52,703 nt of DNA from a virus. Taxonomy: Duplodnaviria > Caudoviricetes. The DNA lies in IMG/VR virus record IMGVR_UViG_3300027515_000001, positions 1 to 52,703 of that record. The stretch is one strand, 5' to 3'. The position numbers and the translations under genes are program-made. Positions 39,217-48,914 of this stretch are shown piece by piece; within the stretch, counting starts at the first letter, position 1, and each line of letters begins with the position of its first letter. Below the pieces are notes generated by a model. The model searched no databases. It had not been told where the DNA came from and saw nothing but the letters and a program-made list of their open reading frames with translations.

Positions 39217-41806
39217 AAGCGAACTTGCGTTACTTGAAATTCTTGATGATCCGGTATGGTTTGGCGAGTTTTTGCGCAATACGAAAGACGGCCAAACTCA
39301 GCGGCATCTCTGGCCCAAACGCACGTTTTCGTATCGTTGGTATCAGAAAGATTTGTTGACGGATCAATCACCAGCAGTCGCGGTGCGTGGCGGTCGCGCA
39401 ATCGGGAAATGCCAGCCAGCGACTGCACAGGTTTTGACGCCATTTGGTTGGAAAAAAATCGGGCAAATTATTCAAGAGTACGAGCGGCGGCGGGTGCGTA
39501 TTCCCACGAAACCCGTTCCGTTTGAAATCATTGCCGTTACAAAGAATATGAAATTAGTAAACGCGCCAGCGGTAATTTTTTACAACGGGCGCAAACCGGT
39601 GTTTCGCGTGACGACAAAATCAGGGTATAGCATCGAAGCAACAAAAGAACACCCGTTATTGACAAGGCACGGATATATTGCGTTAAGCGAGTTAAAGGTA
39701 GGCGATGAAATCGCGGTTGTTGGTGCTATTCCCGACGGGTTAGTTTATGAACGCGGGTTTACCAAGCCTGATGAATTACGACTATTAGGATATTGGTTTC
39801 TCGAACCTGATGAAAAAGTGATCGGATTGTATCCACGAACAAAGCACGTGCGTGATGATATTGCTCGCATTGCGCAATCGCTCAATATTGATTTTTACGA
39901 GCGATCTGATGGCGCAATTGCACTAATGCGCGGCAAAAAATACTATTGGATGCTCAGCGATGTGTCAAAACGTATGGGAAGAACCTACGGATATTTCGCG
40001 AAACGATTCAATACTGACTATCATTTCTCAGTGCATCAGCAAACAAAGCTACCAAACGAATTGTTCAATGAAAGAAAAGAGCAATTTCGCGCATTTATCG
40101 AAGCGTTGTTTGCGCAATACGCGGATATTTCGCGGAATGTTATCAAAATTGATGTCATCACGGAACTAAATGTTCAAATCTTGCGCCGCATTTTACTGCG
40201 ATTTGGTGTATTTTTTCGCGTCGTCAACACGACAATTATCATTGATGATCCCATCGCACTTTTCCGGTTTTTCAAACAATTTCGCGTGCCGGGCGTTGCG
40301 GTTGCTTCCGTTCTTCCTCCGTTGAATTATACCGACGACTGGTATTTTTTCGATCCCATCGTTAGCATAACTCAACAACCGTCAACGCTTACATATGCTA
40401 TTCAAGTGCACGAGCATCACGTATATTTGTCGGATTTTGTGGTTTCGCATAATTCACTTTTCGTTGAAGATCGTATTTTGTGCGATATTTTTCAGCACGA
40501 AACGCGACTGCCGGACACGAAAGAGGTTCTATTGTTGGCTAATAACGAGGCGCAGGTTGAACCGATCATGAAACGATTGTATGATCGGTTGCGTGCGTCT
40601 CCATTATTGCGCCAATATGTTCACAATATTAATCGTTCCGATGGCGTTTTTGATTTTCGGTTTCCAACGGGCGAACAAGTGCTATTGCGTGTTCGGAGTA
40701 CCGGTATCGGAAATAATCAATTAGTCGGGTTGCATGTTGGCAAAATGTACGTTGACGAGGCGCAATTGTTTTCGGAAGAGAGCTGGCAACAGGCTGCACC
40801 AGCATTAAACGATTGGGAGCAAAGTGCGCAAGTATTTGTCACGGGCGTACCCAACGGTATGCGCAATTCATTATTGTATTTTGCAAGTAAACCATCATCA
40901 GGATTTAAAGAATATCATATTCCGGCCCCGAATAATCCATTTTACACCATCGAACAGGATGAATTGAACAAAAAACGTTATGGAGGGGAACAATCCGATG
41001 CGTATCAACAGTTAGTCTTGGGCAACCACGGCCAAGCGGTGCACGTATTGTTGCATCGCGAACAAATTCAAACGAAACCGATTGACTACACGCCATCGAT
41101 CTACACTGAACGAGAACTAAAAATTGGCGAACCTTTCTATTCCGTGATCGAACGCCCGTCGTTACCGTACCAACTCATCGCGTTTGGTATAGATTGCGGG
41201 TTTGTCGATCCGACCGTTATCATTATCCTTGGCAAAAACACAGATCAACCGTGGCAAATTGCGCATAAAGTGGTTTTGAAACGTGTAGATTTCGACACGC
41301 AAGTAAAAATTATAGATTGGTTGGCGACAAGTTACAAACCAACGCTTATTGCGATTGACACCAGTACCGGCGGGGGCGGGTTGCATATTGTGCATACTCT
41401 GCAACACAACGAGAATTATGATCGCAACTACTACCGCTCCGTCATTCATAGCGTGCAATTTCACGGCAAGATGGGGGTTGGATACGACGCACAGGGCGAA
41501 GAGATCACGGATTACGTCAAGTCTGTGGGTGCAGCGACGCTCGTGCAAATGGTTTCAGATGGAATGATTGTATTCCCAGAAGTTGATCAGGAACTTATTT
41601 CGGAGATTGAACGCATTACGCGGGTTGTTTCACGCGGTGGATCGTCGTCGTATTTCATTCTGTCCGAGCAAGGGCATGGTCAATCGCCGAACGATCACCA
41701 GTTCGCCGCACTAATCTGTTTCGCGGTTGCAATCAAGAGTCAAGCAACGCAACGCATTCGCCGCCGACTTGCGCTGCCGAAGGGATTGCATCAATCGCAC
41801 AAATAG
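39191..41806 (+). CDS. terL: Terminase large subunit (intein-containing)
   Basis: Walker A GGRAIGK|S, Walker B YVDEAQ, TGVPNG, nuclease motif GIDCGFVDPT, NDHQFAA. Confidence 0.93.
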   Translation: MAITQKLTESELALLEILDDPVWFGEFLRNTKDGQTQRHLWPKRTFSYRWYQKDLLTDQSPAVAVRGGRAIGKCQPATAQVLTPFGWKKIGQIIQEYERRRVRIPTKPVPFEIIAVTKNMKLVNAPAVIFYNGRKPVFRVTTKSGYSIEATKEHPLLTRHGYIALSELKVGDEIAVVGAIPDGLVYERGFTKPDELRLLGYWFLEPDEKVIGLYPRTKHVRDDIARIAQSLNIDFYERSDGAIALMRGKKYYWMLSDVSKRMGRTYGYFAKRFNTDYHFSVHQQTKLPNELFNERKEQFRAFIEALFAQYADISRNVIKIDVITELNVQILRRILLRFGVFFRVVNTTIIIDDPIALFRFFKQFRVPGVAVASVLPPLNYTDDWYFFDPIVSITQQPSTLTYAIQVHEHHVYLSDFVVSHNSLFVEDRILCDIFQHETRLPDTKEVLLLANNEAQVEPIMKRLYDRLRASPLLRQYVHNINRSDGVFDFRFPTGEQVLLRVRSTGIGNNQLVGLHVGKMYVDEAQLFSEESWQQAAPALNDWEQSAQVFVTGVPNGMRNSLLYFASKPSSGFKEYHIPAPNNPFYTIEQDELNKKRYGGEQSDAYQQLVLGNHGQAVHVLLHREQIQTKPIDYTPSIYTERELKIGEPFYSVIERPSLPYQLIAFGIDCGFVDPTVIIILGKNTDQPWQIAHKVVLKRVDFDTQVKIIDWLATSYKPTLIAIDTSTGGGGLHIVHTLQHNENYDRNYYRSVIHSVQFHGKMGVGYDAQGEEITDYVKSVGAATLVQMVSDGMIVFPEVDQELISEIERITRVVSRGGSSSYFILSEQGHGQSPNDHQFAALICFAVAIKSQATQRIRRRLALPKGLHQSHK
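39410..40453 (+). mobile_element. Intein (348 aa) with degenerate LAGLIDADG domain
   Basis: Starts CQPATAQV, block B ATKEHPLL, ends VVSHN followed by Ser; inserted in Walker A. Confidence 0.92.
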
Positions 41807-41836
41807 ATCAATTATACAACACTCACGGAGAGACCG

Positions 41837-43219
41837 ATGAGCCAACTACCGAACGCACGTTCATATTCCCAAACGCTTGACACGTCGCAGGGACATCCGC
41901 TTGCTGGGTTTCGCGGGTTTCGCTCCGGCTCGACTGCGTTATCTTCGGCTGACTATCGCGCAATTATCCGCGCAACCCGCTACTATTATCGCGTTGATCC
42001 TATCATTTCGACCGTTGTTACGCGATTAGCCGAAATTGCAACCACGGAATTGCGCGTTTCACGAGAATTACTGCGAGGTTATGATCTTTCGGACGAACAT
42101 TTTGCCTTCTTTCGTGCGGTTGCCAAAACGCTGCAACCATCAATCTTTCACATTATTTTGTCATATTTGATTGACGGCATGGCGGTGCCGCAGTATGAAC
42201 TAACGCGGATGATGGGAAACCGGATCGCGGGCAATTCTGGTGAACTTGGCCGAACCCGCTATCTCGTACCGTCGTCGATTTGGGTGCGGGACGCAATGAA
42301 CATTGTGTTGCAGCCGAATGTCATCGGCGGCGAACCGTTGGTCTTTGTGCAAATCTCACAAAGCGACATCCATTTCGTACTTTCGGGCGGGATGTATCCT
42401 GATGGTACGAAAGACCCGAAAACGTTTCAATTGTTGACTAGTCAGTTTCCTGATTATGTGAAACGCATTAAAGCGAGCGAGACATTGTTTCGGCTTGAAA
42501 CGCCGGTGATCTTTCGCAATCTGCTACCTGCGTATCTCTATCCGCAACCGTACATCGAACCGGCGTTGGAAGCGTTACAACGCAAACACTTGATGCATCG
42601 CGTGGATCGCGCTATTGCCGCTCGCACAATTGAAGCATTTCGCCACATTAAAGTGGGAAATGATAAGTTTCCGGCAGATGACCAAGCAATTGAAGCGACA
42701 GAACAGGCGCTTCAGCAAAGTTCTGATGGCGTGTTATTTAATCTTTTCACCAATCATACTGTAGATATTTCGTGGATCGTTCCTCCGTTTAGTGAGTTAA
42801 TCGATAATAAAAAATACGAAAGCGTTATTCAAGACATCTTTTTTGCATTAGGCTTCCCGCGCATTCTTGCCGTTGGCGAGACGCAGCGCAGCAATTCTGC
42901 AGATAATCAAGTTGCGGCGTTAGGGATTTTGTCAGCGATCCGGCACATTCATCGAGATGTGCTCCGGTGGGTCGAAGCGGTATTTCGCGATGTCGCAGAA
43001 GCCAACGGGGTGGTGTCGATCCCGCAACCGCTCTTTGCGCCGGTCGTTACCGCCGATGTCACGCAATTGCTTCAATACGCAACTAATTTGCTGGATCGCG
43101 GCGTGCTTTCAAAAGATACGGTTGCGCGGTTGTACGGGTCTGATTTTGAATATGAATACAACCAACAAGCGCGGGAGGCGTCGTTTGTACCTTTTGCACA
43201 ATCTGCGCCGGTTATGTAA
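41837..43219 (+). CDS. Portal protein
   Basis: 460 aa directly after terL; RYYYRVDPIISTVV, IFFALGFP. Confidence 0.85.
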   Translation: MSQLPNARSYSQTLDTSQGHPLAGFRGFRSGSTALSSADYRAIIRATRYYYRVDPIISTVVTRLAEIATTELRVSRELLRGYDLSDEHFAFFRAVAKTLQPSIFHIILSYLIDGMAVPQYELTRMMGNRIAGNSGELGRTRYLVPSSIWVRDAMNIVLQPNVIGGEPLVFVQISQSDIHFVLSGGMYPDGTKDPKTFQLLTSQFPDYVKRIKASETLFRLETPVIFRNLLPAYLYPQPYIEPALEALQRKHLMHRVDRAIAARTIEAFRHIKVGNDKFPADDQAIEATEQALQQSSDGVLFNLFTNHTVDISWIVPPFSELIDNKKYESVIQDIFFALGFPRILAVGETQRSNSADNQVAALGILSAIRHIHRDVLRWVEAVFRDVAEANGVVSIPQPLFAPVVTADVTQLLQYATNLLDRGVLSKDTVARLYGSDFEYEYNQQAREASFVPFAQSAPVM

Positions 43220-43278
43220 TCTTCACAATCCATTCCGATACCGTCAGAGCTGGCGGCTGAATAGCAGCAGGTGCATGT

Positions 43279-43734
43279 ATGCAATCGTTACCGCCTGAAG
43301 TCTTCACCGCGATCATCACCGCGATTTCGTCAATTGCAACGGCGGTGTTTGGGATAATCGCGGCGCGGTTGAAAGAACGAAATGTTGCGCAACAAACGCT
43401 ATTGAGCGCGTCGTATAAACGCATTGTGGAATTAGAAGAAAAACTTGAAAAAGCGTGGGATCGCACTGTATTTGCGCAAGATCAAGCCGCGAAAATTAGA
43501 GAAGAAACTGCGGCATACTATCAACAACGTGTATCGCAATTACGCGAAGAGTTATATCAGCAACTCGAATTGATGAGTAAGCGCGTATCAGAATGGCAAG
43601 AAAAATACTATACGCTAAAGAATGAGTACGATGAATTGCAACAACGACACGAGGAATTGGAAACGAAGGTGGCGAAGATGCAACGCACGTTGGAGGCGTT
43701 AGGGATTTCGATTAGCGATATTTCGCAGTTATAA
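43279..43734 (+). CDS. Membrane-anchored coiled-coil protein (possible lysis accessory)
   Basis: N-terminal hydrophobic helix followed by a long heptad region. Confidence 0.6.
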   Translation: MQSLPPEVFTAIITAISSIATAVFGIIAARLKERNVAQQTLLSASYKRIVELEEKLEKAWDRTVFAQDQAAKIREETAAYYQQRVSQLREELYQQLELMSKRVSEWQEKYYTLKNEYDELQQRHEELETKVAKMQRTLEALGISISDISQL

Positions 43735-43794
43735 CCGAGAAATGTTCACAAATGTGCAATATCTATACGCAATTAGTTGCATGCGCAACTACAC

Positions 43795-43823
43795 TTGTAC
43801 CTTTTGTACAATTGTGCTATACT
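43795..43823 (+). promoter_or_regulatory. Sigma70-type promoter
   Basis: TTGTAC-17 nt-TATACT with extended -10 TG. Confidence 0.6.
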
Positions 43824-43864
43824 CACAAATACTTCGTAGCCTCGCTTTGATATAGGTGACTATT

Positions 43865-44281
43865 ATGGAGTCGCCGCGTGAATTACTGGATGACCAGCCG
43901 ACCGAACCATTACCCGTTATCGCTCGCATTGAGCGACACGCGCTGCCAGCGTTTGTCTGGTGGGTAGGCGGGGGATTAGTGTTGTCGTTTATGACATTCG
44001 TTGCGCAAGAAACTATGTATCTTCTTGCGCTGTGGGGCATGCTAGGGTTTGTGGTTGCGTTAACGTTGCTCGTTATCGCTGTGTATCGCGTCTACACCGA
44101 ACTACTGCAATTGTACACTGATGTTCAAGAGATGCTTCATAGCATTGCGCAAGCAACGCAACCACACGCAATTGCTCAAGATACGCAACGATTGCAGACG
44201 CAACCTGTTTCGTCGTCAATCGTGTATGATCGCGACGGGGTGGCTATTCAGTTTAGTGAAATATTCAAAGAGATGAGTTGA
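43865..44281 (+). CDS. Membrane protein (2 TM)
   Basis: Two hydrophobic segments. Confidence 0.7.
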   Translation: MESPRELLDDQPTEPLPVIARIERHALPAFVWWVGGGLVLSFMTFVAQETMYLLALWGMLGFVVALTLLVIAVYRVYTELLQLYTDVQEMLHSIAQATQPHAIAQDTQRLQTQPVSSSIVYDRDGVAIQFSEIFKEMS

Positions 44282-44307
44282 GTTTGGTGTAATCAACGGA
44301 GGAACGT

Positions 44308-44745
44308 ATGCGCATTGATCGCAGCAACATTAAAACAGTCACTTCGTACATCATTCCTGCATTCGCTTTATTGCTTATTGCTTGGAACGCGGTCGGGAAG
44401 TTTTACTTTTTCTCGTTTTTTGAGCCAACGTCATCGCTTTCTGGTATTTTCGTTCACATCAGCGCGGATATTGATAATTTTTACAAGGCGCTGATGGTCG
44501 AAGCGGTATGCGTGGTGCTTCAGCTAACGGCGCAATTGCCGGATTATCGAGAGAAAAAATTAGCGCGCCCGCTTTATACCGGCGCGTTGTTGTTTAGCGT
44601 TCTCATGAGTTATCCCGCGATGTACACGATTTATACGCTTTGGTTCAATTTGTCACAATTTCCATCATTATTCGCCGCCGCGATTGTATTCATTTTAGTG
44701 ACCGCGGTTGATGCATTTGCTGAATTAGCGTTGTTAAACGTTTAA
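44308..44745 (+). CDS. Membrane protein (about 4 TM)
   Basis: GGAGG RBS; four hydrophobic segments. Confidence 0.75.
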   Translation: MRIDRSNIKTVTSYIIPAFALLLIAWNAVGKFYFFSFFEPTSSLSGIFVHISADIDNFYKALMVEAVCVVLQLTAQLPDYREKKLARPLYTGALLFSVLMSYPAMYTIYTLWFNLSQFPSLFAAAIVFILVTAVDAFAELALLNV

Positions 44746-44786
44746 GTTCTATTTCGCGCCGGTTATTTACACTATTCGGAGGAACT

Positions 44787-45110
44787 ATGCAACCAACTAT
44801 TACGTACAATCCACAAACGTATACGATTTCTATGCCCGATACTGATCCATTTACTATCGATACTGTATTTTTCTCATTGCTTCGTAACGAGGAGTTTGAC
44901 GAAGACACTATTCACCACGCAATCGCTCAATTTTACACCGCGATGAAATACGTGCCGGTCTATATTCCAGATCGTGAAAGCACGTACAAGCTTGTTACGC
45001 ATTTGCTTATTAGCAATAATCAAGCATCGTTCGTGCAACCGGATACGTTTCACCAAGCGTTGATCGCGTTTTTGACGGGGAAGGGATACGCTGTTTCGGC
45101 TCAGCAATAA
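44787..45110 (+). CDS. Hypothetical protein
   Basis: GGAGGA RBS; 107 aa. Confidence 0.7.
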   Translation: MQPTITYNPQTYTISMPDTDPFTIDTVFFSLLRNEEFDEDTIHHAIAQFYTAMKYVPVYIPDRESTYKLVTHLLISNNQASFVQPDTFHQALIAFLTGKGYAVSAQQ

Positions 45111-45120
45111 CATGTAACCT

Positions 45121-45677
45121 ATGCAACCACCGATTTTATTTTCTGCTATTGTAGACACAGAAAACATTGATTTTTACTATTCGTTGCCGAAAAATGTTCA
45201 GCTTGGGTGTAATTCAGGCCACGGAAGTTACAAAGACTTTTGCAACGAGGGTTTCGGTTTGATTTTGTTGACAATCCGTTCATGAAGTTTAACCCGGACA
45301 AACATCGCCAGGCGCTCGAACATATTCGCCCGCGTTTTGCGACCTTACGAGATTATTTTTCAGAAGAAGACTGCAACGAATTAGGCATCCAATACTATAG
45401 CGTAGAAGACATTTTAGCGTTTTACGAGCAAGTCAAACCATTTATTCGCTTGCCGATATTTATTCCAAAAACGCTTCCTATTCCTGAGTTGCCGGATCAT
45501 TTTATATTAGGGTATCCGACAAAGAGCAATTACACTAAGAAAAGTTTGTTTTTCGACGAAGTTCTTGCGCAACAACGCCCGATCCATCTGTTGAATCGCG
45601 CTCGTTTTGGTGTATCCCGCGTTTCGTCGCGTTTTCCGTTCGCCGCCATTTTCATTCTTGCGTTGAAATGGACTTGA
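45121..45677 (+). pseudogene. DUF6610-like protein, frameshifted at about 45240 and apparently truncated
   Basis: ATG 45121 MQPPILF...YKDF joins LQRGFRFDFVDNPF..H..RPRFATLRD..FIPK..LGYP..RPIHLL if one T is added to TTTT; family call from memory. Confidence 0.45.
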
Positions 45678-45855
45678 TCGCTGCGTTCGACTTCAATCGT
45701 TGCATTTTAGCTTGCGTTCAATGTTTCTCGTTTCTTATCTCTTGTCATCTCTTCAGATCGATGATTTTCCTATTCGCACGGTTGTGCTAGATCGCTAACC
45801 AGCGCACAGCGCCAAACGACCAGGCGTTTTTATCTTTCGAGGAAATTACCACTGT

Positions 45856-46524
45856 ATGGTTTTTCAACAGACACCATCGACCACCGGAGAACTCGCGCCG
45901 ATCATCGTCGTGATCGCGGTTGGGAGCGGTGATGGTTGGGAAAAGAGGGGTTTTGAATGTAGAAAAAATAGGTTTTTATGGCTTTCTGACGCGGTAAATC
46001 GCGATTTGCTTTCGCTCCGAACACAAGTTCTACTCGAACATTCGTTCGCCCGCTCGCCCATTCCTGCGCCCGTTCCTGCGCCCGTTCCTGCGCCCGTTCC
46101 TGCGCCCATTCCTGCGCCCGCTTCTACACGCAGCAGCGAAGATAGCGTCGCCGAGCTGGCCGGGCGCGATAGCGCTGGGAATGGGCGCGGCATCGAGGTC
46201 GAGCAACGCAACGAAATCGAGCGCGCTGGCGAAATCGGGCGTGGCGAACAATTGTTCTACGAGCTGAAGCGATTAACATTGAACGCGCCGGTCTACGTTG
46301 TTCCGATCAGCGACCTCCCTTCGTTGCGATGCGAACCGTCGCTGCTCTGTATTGTTGTGCATGAAACGGTTCGATCTACGCTTGATACGTCGCCCCTCCC
46401 TATTCCGCACATGCTGATCGAACACAACGATGCTAGCGAATTACGATTTGTTGCGTTTGTCACAAAACGAAAAGAGAAACGAACGCAAAAGCGAAGAACG
46501 CGAAAGACGGAGGAAGCACGATGA
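45856..46524 (+). CDS. Hypothetical protein with (PAPV)n linker
   Basis: 222-aa ORF whose stop overlaps the next ATG. Confidence 0.55.
   Translation: MVFQQTPSTTGELAPIIVVIAVGSGDGWEKRGFECRKNRFLWLSDAVNRDLLSLRTQVLLEHSFARSPIPAPVPAPVPAPVPAPIPAPASTRSSEDSVAELAGRDSAGNGRGIEVEQRNEIERAGEIGRGEQLFYELKRLTLNAPVYVVPISDLPSLRCEPSLLCIVVHETVRSTLDTSPLPIPHMLIEHNDASELRFVAFVTKRKEKRTQKRRTRKTEEAR
46057..46116 (+). repeat. Five tandem 12-mers CCC(A/G)TTCCTGCG
   Basis: Read directly; encodes a P(I/V)PA repeat. Confidence 0.9.
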
Positions 46525-46862
46525 ATACTGAAACGAACGCTGGCATTTACTATCTACGCATTATTACGTCAAGCGGCGATTATTACTACATCGGGCAAAC
46601 ACGGCGATCATTTCAACAGCGTTGGCGCGAACATTTGTGTGGTCTCCGTGCTGGCCAGCACGCGAATACACAATTACAGCAACTCTACCGAGACGGCGCG
46701 GTAATTGTTGCGGGTGTGATTGTTGCATTAAAAAAAACCATCGCGAAACAACGCATCGAGATGGCCGAGCAGCAAGCGATTGCGCTGGCGGAGCGAAGAG
46801 GGTTGCGCGTGGTGAATGTGGTGAGAGAGCGAGAAATGCAAGAGGAGAAAGAAGAGCAATAA
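46521..46862 (+). CDS. GIY-YIG nuclease
   Basis: GIY...YIGQT...RWREH...H.N..LQ...E. Confidence 0.88.
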   Translation: MNTETNAGIYYLRIITSSGDYYYIGQTRRSFQQRWREHLCGLRAGQHANTQLQQLYRDGAVIVAGVIVALKKTIAKQRIEMAEQQAIALAERRGLRVVNVVREREMQEEKEEQ

Positions 46863-46892
46863 AAAAGAGCGCCAGCGATAGCACCGGCGCTC
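46861..46892 (-). terminator. Rho-independent terminator
   Basis: GAGCGCC/GGCGCTC stem followed by a T-run on the minus strand. Confidence 0.6.
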
Positions 46893-46922
46893 AACCTATG
46901 TATGTTGTTCCATGGGCTTACG

Positions 46923-47279
46923 TTAGCGCTCCCGTTCCGCTCGCCACTCCCGCAGCGAGCGGACGCGGCGGGGGATCACCCCCGCGTTTTCCAAAACCGT
47001 TCTCCATCCAGCTTTGACGGCCTCGCCTAGGTTCCCGTACACAACAAAGGAACCTAGAGTACCCTCGCCAGCCCACCGCGACCAGTCGGTGCGGTGGATG
47101 ACGATTAAACCCTCGTGTGTCTGGAAGATTCGGTAATCAATTCCTCGGTTATCCCAAGGGTCTTCACTCGTCCGTAGGTATCCGAGATCCCGCCCGACGA
47201 ACTCAACGACTTGAACATCAGAGTCGTCACAACCGTTCTTCGCCCCGCGCCGTCCTTCCCAAATCTTGATGGTCTCCAT
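46923..47279 (-). CDS. Hypothetical protein, paralog of 47438..47737
   Basis: Shared IWEGRR, F.G..LG, RG..YRIF.T, IHR..WSRW..E and VL.NA.VI; own promoter and AAAGGAGG RBS. Confidence 0.8.
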   Translation of the reverse strand: METIKIWEGRRGAKNGCDDSDVQVVEFVGRDLGYLRTSEDPWDNRGIDYRIFQTHEGLIVIHRTDWSRWAGEGTLGSFVVYGNLGEAVKAGWRTVLENAGVIPRRVRSLREWRAERER

Positions 47280-47307
47280 CTCATACCTCCTTTCTTTCGT
47301 TGACTGT

Positions 47308-47336
47308 AGTATAGCATACCCGCGCCGGTTTGTTAA
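47308..47336 (-). promoter_or_regulatory. Early-type sigma70 promoter (cassette 1)
   Basis: TTAACA-17 nt-TATACT with shared upstream CTCAAAAATTCCTCAAA element. Confidence 0.7.
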
Positions 47337-47393
47337 GCGGGTAGTTTGAGGAATTTTTGAGCAATTTCACGCTGATGATGTCAACAACACAAC

Positions 47394-47422
47394 AAAAAAC
47401 CCCTCATCGCGAGAATGAGGGG
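47394..47422 (-). terminator. Rho-independent terminator
   Basis: CCCCTCAT/ATGAGGGG stem with T6 on the minus strand. Confidence 0.75.
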
Positions 47423-47437
47423 AAGGGTTAGGGTTGT

Positions 47438-47737
47438 TTAGATAACGCGAGCGTTTCGGAGAACGCGGTCGAACTTCGCTGCGGCATCATGTATGTCTGC
47501 GAATAAGAAGATGTCACCGATGTCGTTCTCAGTGCTCCACCGCGACCAGCGGATGCGGTGGATAAGGATGAACCCCGCTGGATTGGTTCGGAAGATTCGG
47601 TAAGAGGTTCCCCGGTCGTGGGTCACTGGATGACCGTCCGACCAGAAACCGAGTTCCTCACCGGTGAACCAAACTGTCTGGTAGTTTTCCTCCCTCTTTC
47701 CGAACCGCCGACCTTCCCAAATCTCGTACGTTCGCAT
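47438..47737 (-). CDS. Hypothetical protein, paralog of 46923..47279
   Basis: See paralog; AAAGGAG RBS. Confidence 0.8.
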   Translation of the reverse strand: MRTYEIWEGRRFGKREENYQTVWFTGEELGFWSDGHPVTHDRGTSYRIFRTNPAGFILIHRIRWSRWSTENDIGDIFLFADIHDAAAKFDRVLRNARVI

Positions 47738-47775
47738 TGCCGTTCTCCTTTCATTTCATTACTTACTGTGTCTAC

Positions 47776-47804
47776 ACTATACCGCGCATCAGCGCGGTTG
47801 TCAA
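47776..47804 (-). promoter_or_regulatory. Early-type sigma70 promoter (cassette 2)
   Basis: TTGACA-17 nt-TATAGT. Confidence 0.75.
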
Positions 47805-47928
47805 GGGGGTATTTTGAGAAATTTTGAGTAGTTTCGCGCTGTTGACGTGCGTCATCAACAGCGTCACAACACTACGTTATCTATTAACTATACACAGTGT
47901 TGTGACACGAACGCGGCGCGGGAGGGGC

Positions 47929-47957
47929 TTGACAGCGCGCTGGATGTGCGATATACT
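47929..47957 (+). promoter_or_regulatory. Early-type sigma70 promoter (divergent)
   Basis: TTGACA-17 nt-TATACT. Confidence 0.85.
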
Positions 47958-47994
47958 ACAGGTGTGATCAGTACGTTAGAAAAAGGAGGGATTT

Positions 47995-48618
47995 ATGAAA
48001 AACGTTCGTCTGCGTAACTTTTTGAAAGTGGCTCTTGAGCTTCAAGAGCTGCCTTATTCAGGCGTCCGCGTAGTAAAGGACGCCACCATCATTGCCACCG
48101 ACGGCTACAGCCTGGTGGCGTACAAAACAAACCCTTACTTTCTGCGCGGCGAGGGGATGTTGCATCCCCTCACTACACGGGCGCTGGCGGTGTATACCGA
48201 CACCGCTATCAGCGATTTGGTAGTGGAGGGGAACGCGGTTACGCTAACGGTTTGGATTGACCGGGACAACACGCAAACATTTAACTTACCGGCGCTATTT
48301 TGCGAGATCAAACACACAGAGCGTATTTTTGACAAGTTCCACAACGCCACGATAGTCGCAGAGCAACTTGCTGCGAGGTTTATTCTCCCCGCTGATGCGG
48401 GGGCGTTTGTGAAAGTTGCTGGCGGGGGCTTGGCCCCAGCATCAGACGAGGACTATCCGCGCTACGATGTGAAAAAACTTAAACAGTGTTTAAAGTTGTT
48501 TTACGCAAAAGACTCTGTGACGCTCAGCGTCACAGAGGAAGGGTATTTGCTTGGAAAAGACGAATGGGGGCAGTTATTTGTTGTGTCCCCAATCGTTCGC
48601 AATCCGTACCGTCAATAG
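47995..48618 (+). CDS. Beta-clamp-fold-like protein (putative)
   Basis: SGVRV...IIATDGYSL resembles DnaN VATDGHRL; C-terminal LFVVSPI; strong RBS. Confidence 0.5.
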   Translation: MKNVRLRNFLKVALELQELPYSGVRVVKDATIIATDGYSLVAYKTNPYFLRGEGMLHPLTTRALAVYTDTAISDLVVEGNAVTLTVWIDRDNTQTFNLPALFCEIKHTERIFDKFHNATIVAEQLAARFILPADAGAFVKVAGGGLAPASDEDYPRYDVKKLKQCLKLFYAKDSVTLSVTEEGYLLGKDEWGQLFVVSPIVRNPYRQ

Positions 48619-48636
48619 CGTCGCCCAGCAGCACCA

Positions 48637-48721
48637 ACGCCTCGCTCGTTTGAGCGAGGCGTTTCTGTGCCAGTGCAGGCCGGTTTGATAACAAAAACCC
48701 CACTGGCCTGGCCAGTGGGGG
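48637..48721. terminator. Back-to-back terminators
   Basis: AACGCCTCGCTC-GTTT-GAGCGAGGCGTT (+) and CCCCACTGGC-CTG-GCCAGTGGGG with T-run (-). Confidence 0.8.
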
Positions 48722-48735
48722 ATACGAATCGCTGA

Positions 48736-48850
48736 TCAGTCGTCGATCAGCGCCAAGTAGCGCCACTGCTCAACGAGTAGTCGCGCCTCGCTGCGGGTGG
48801 CGCGATAGCCGACAACAGTGTGGATCATAGCTATACCGGGCAACGAACAT
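48736..48850 (-). CDS. Very small early gene, possibly frameshifted
   Basis: Promoter and AAAGGAG RBS before ATG 48850 (MFVARYS...); protein-like frame MIHTVVGYRATRSEARLLVEQWRYLALIDD* runs 48828-48736. Confidence 0.4.
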
Positions 48851-48885
48851 TGCTGTACTCCTTTCTGCGATTTCCTTACACTCGT

Positions 48886-48914
48886 ATAGTATCACAACCG
48901 GCACGGGTTGCCAA
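48886..48914 (-). promoter_or_regulatory. Early-type sigma70 promoter (cassette 3)
   Basis: TTGGCA-17 nt-TACTAT with extended -10 TG and shared upstream element. Confidence 0.6.
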
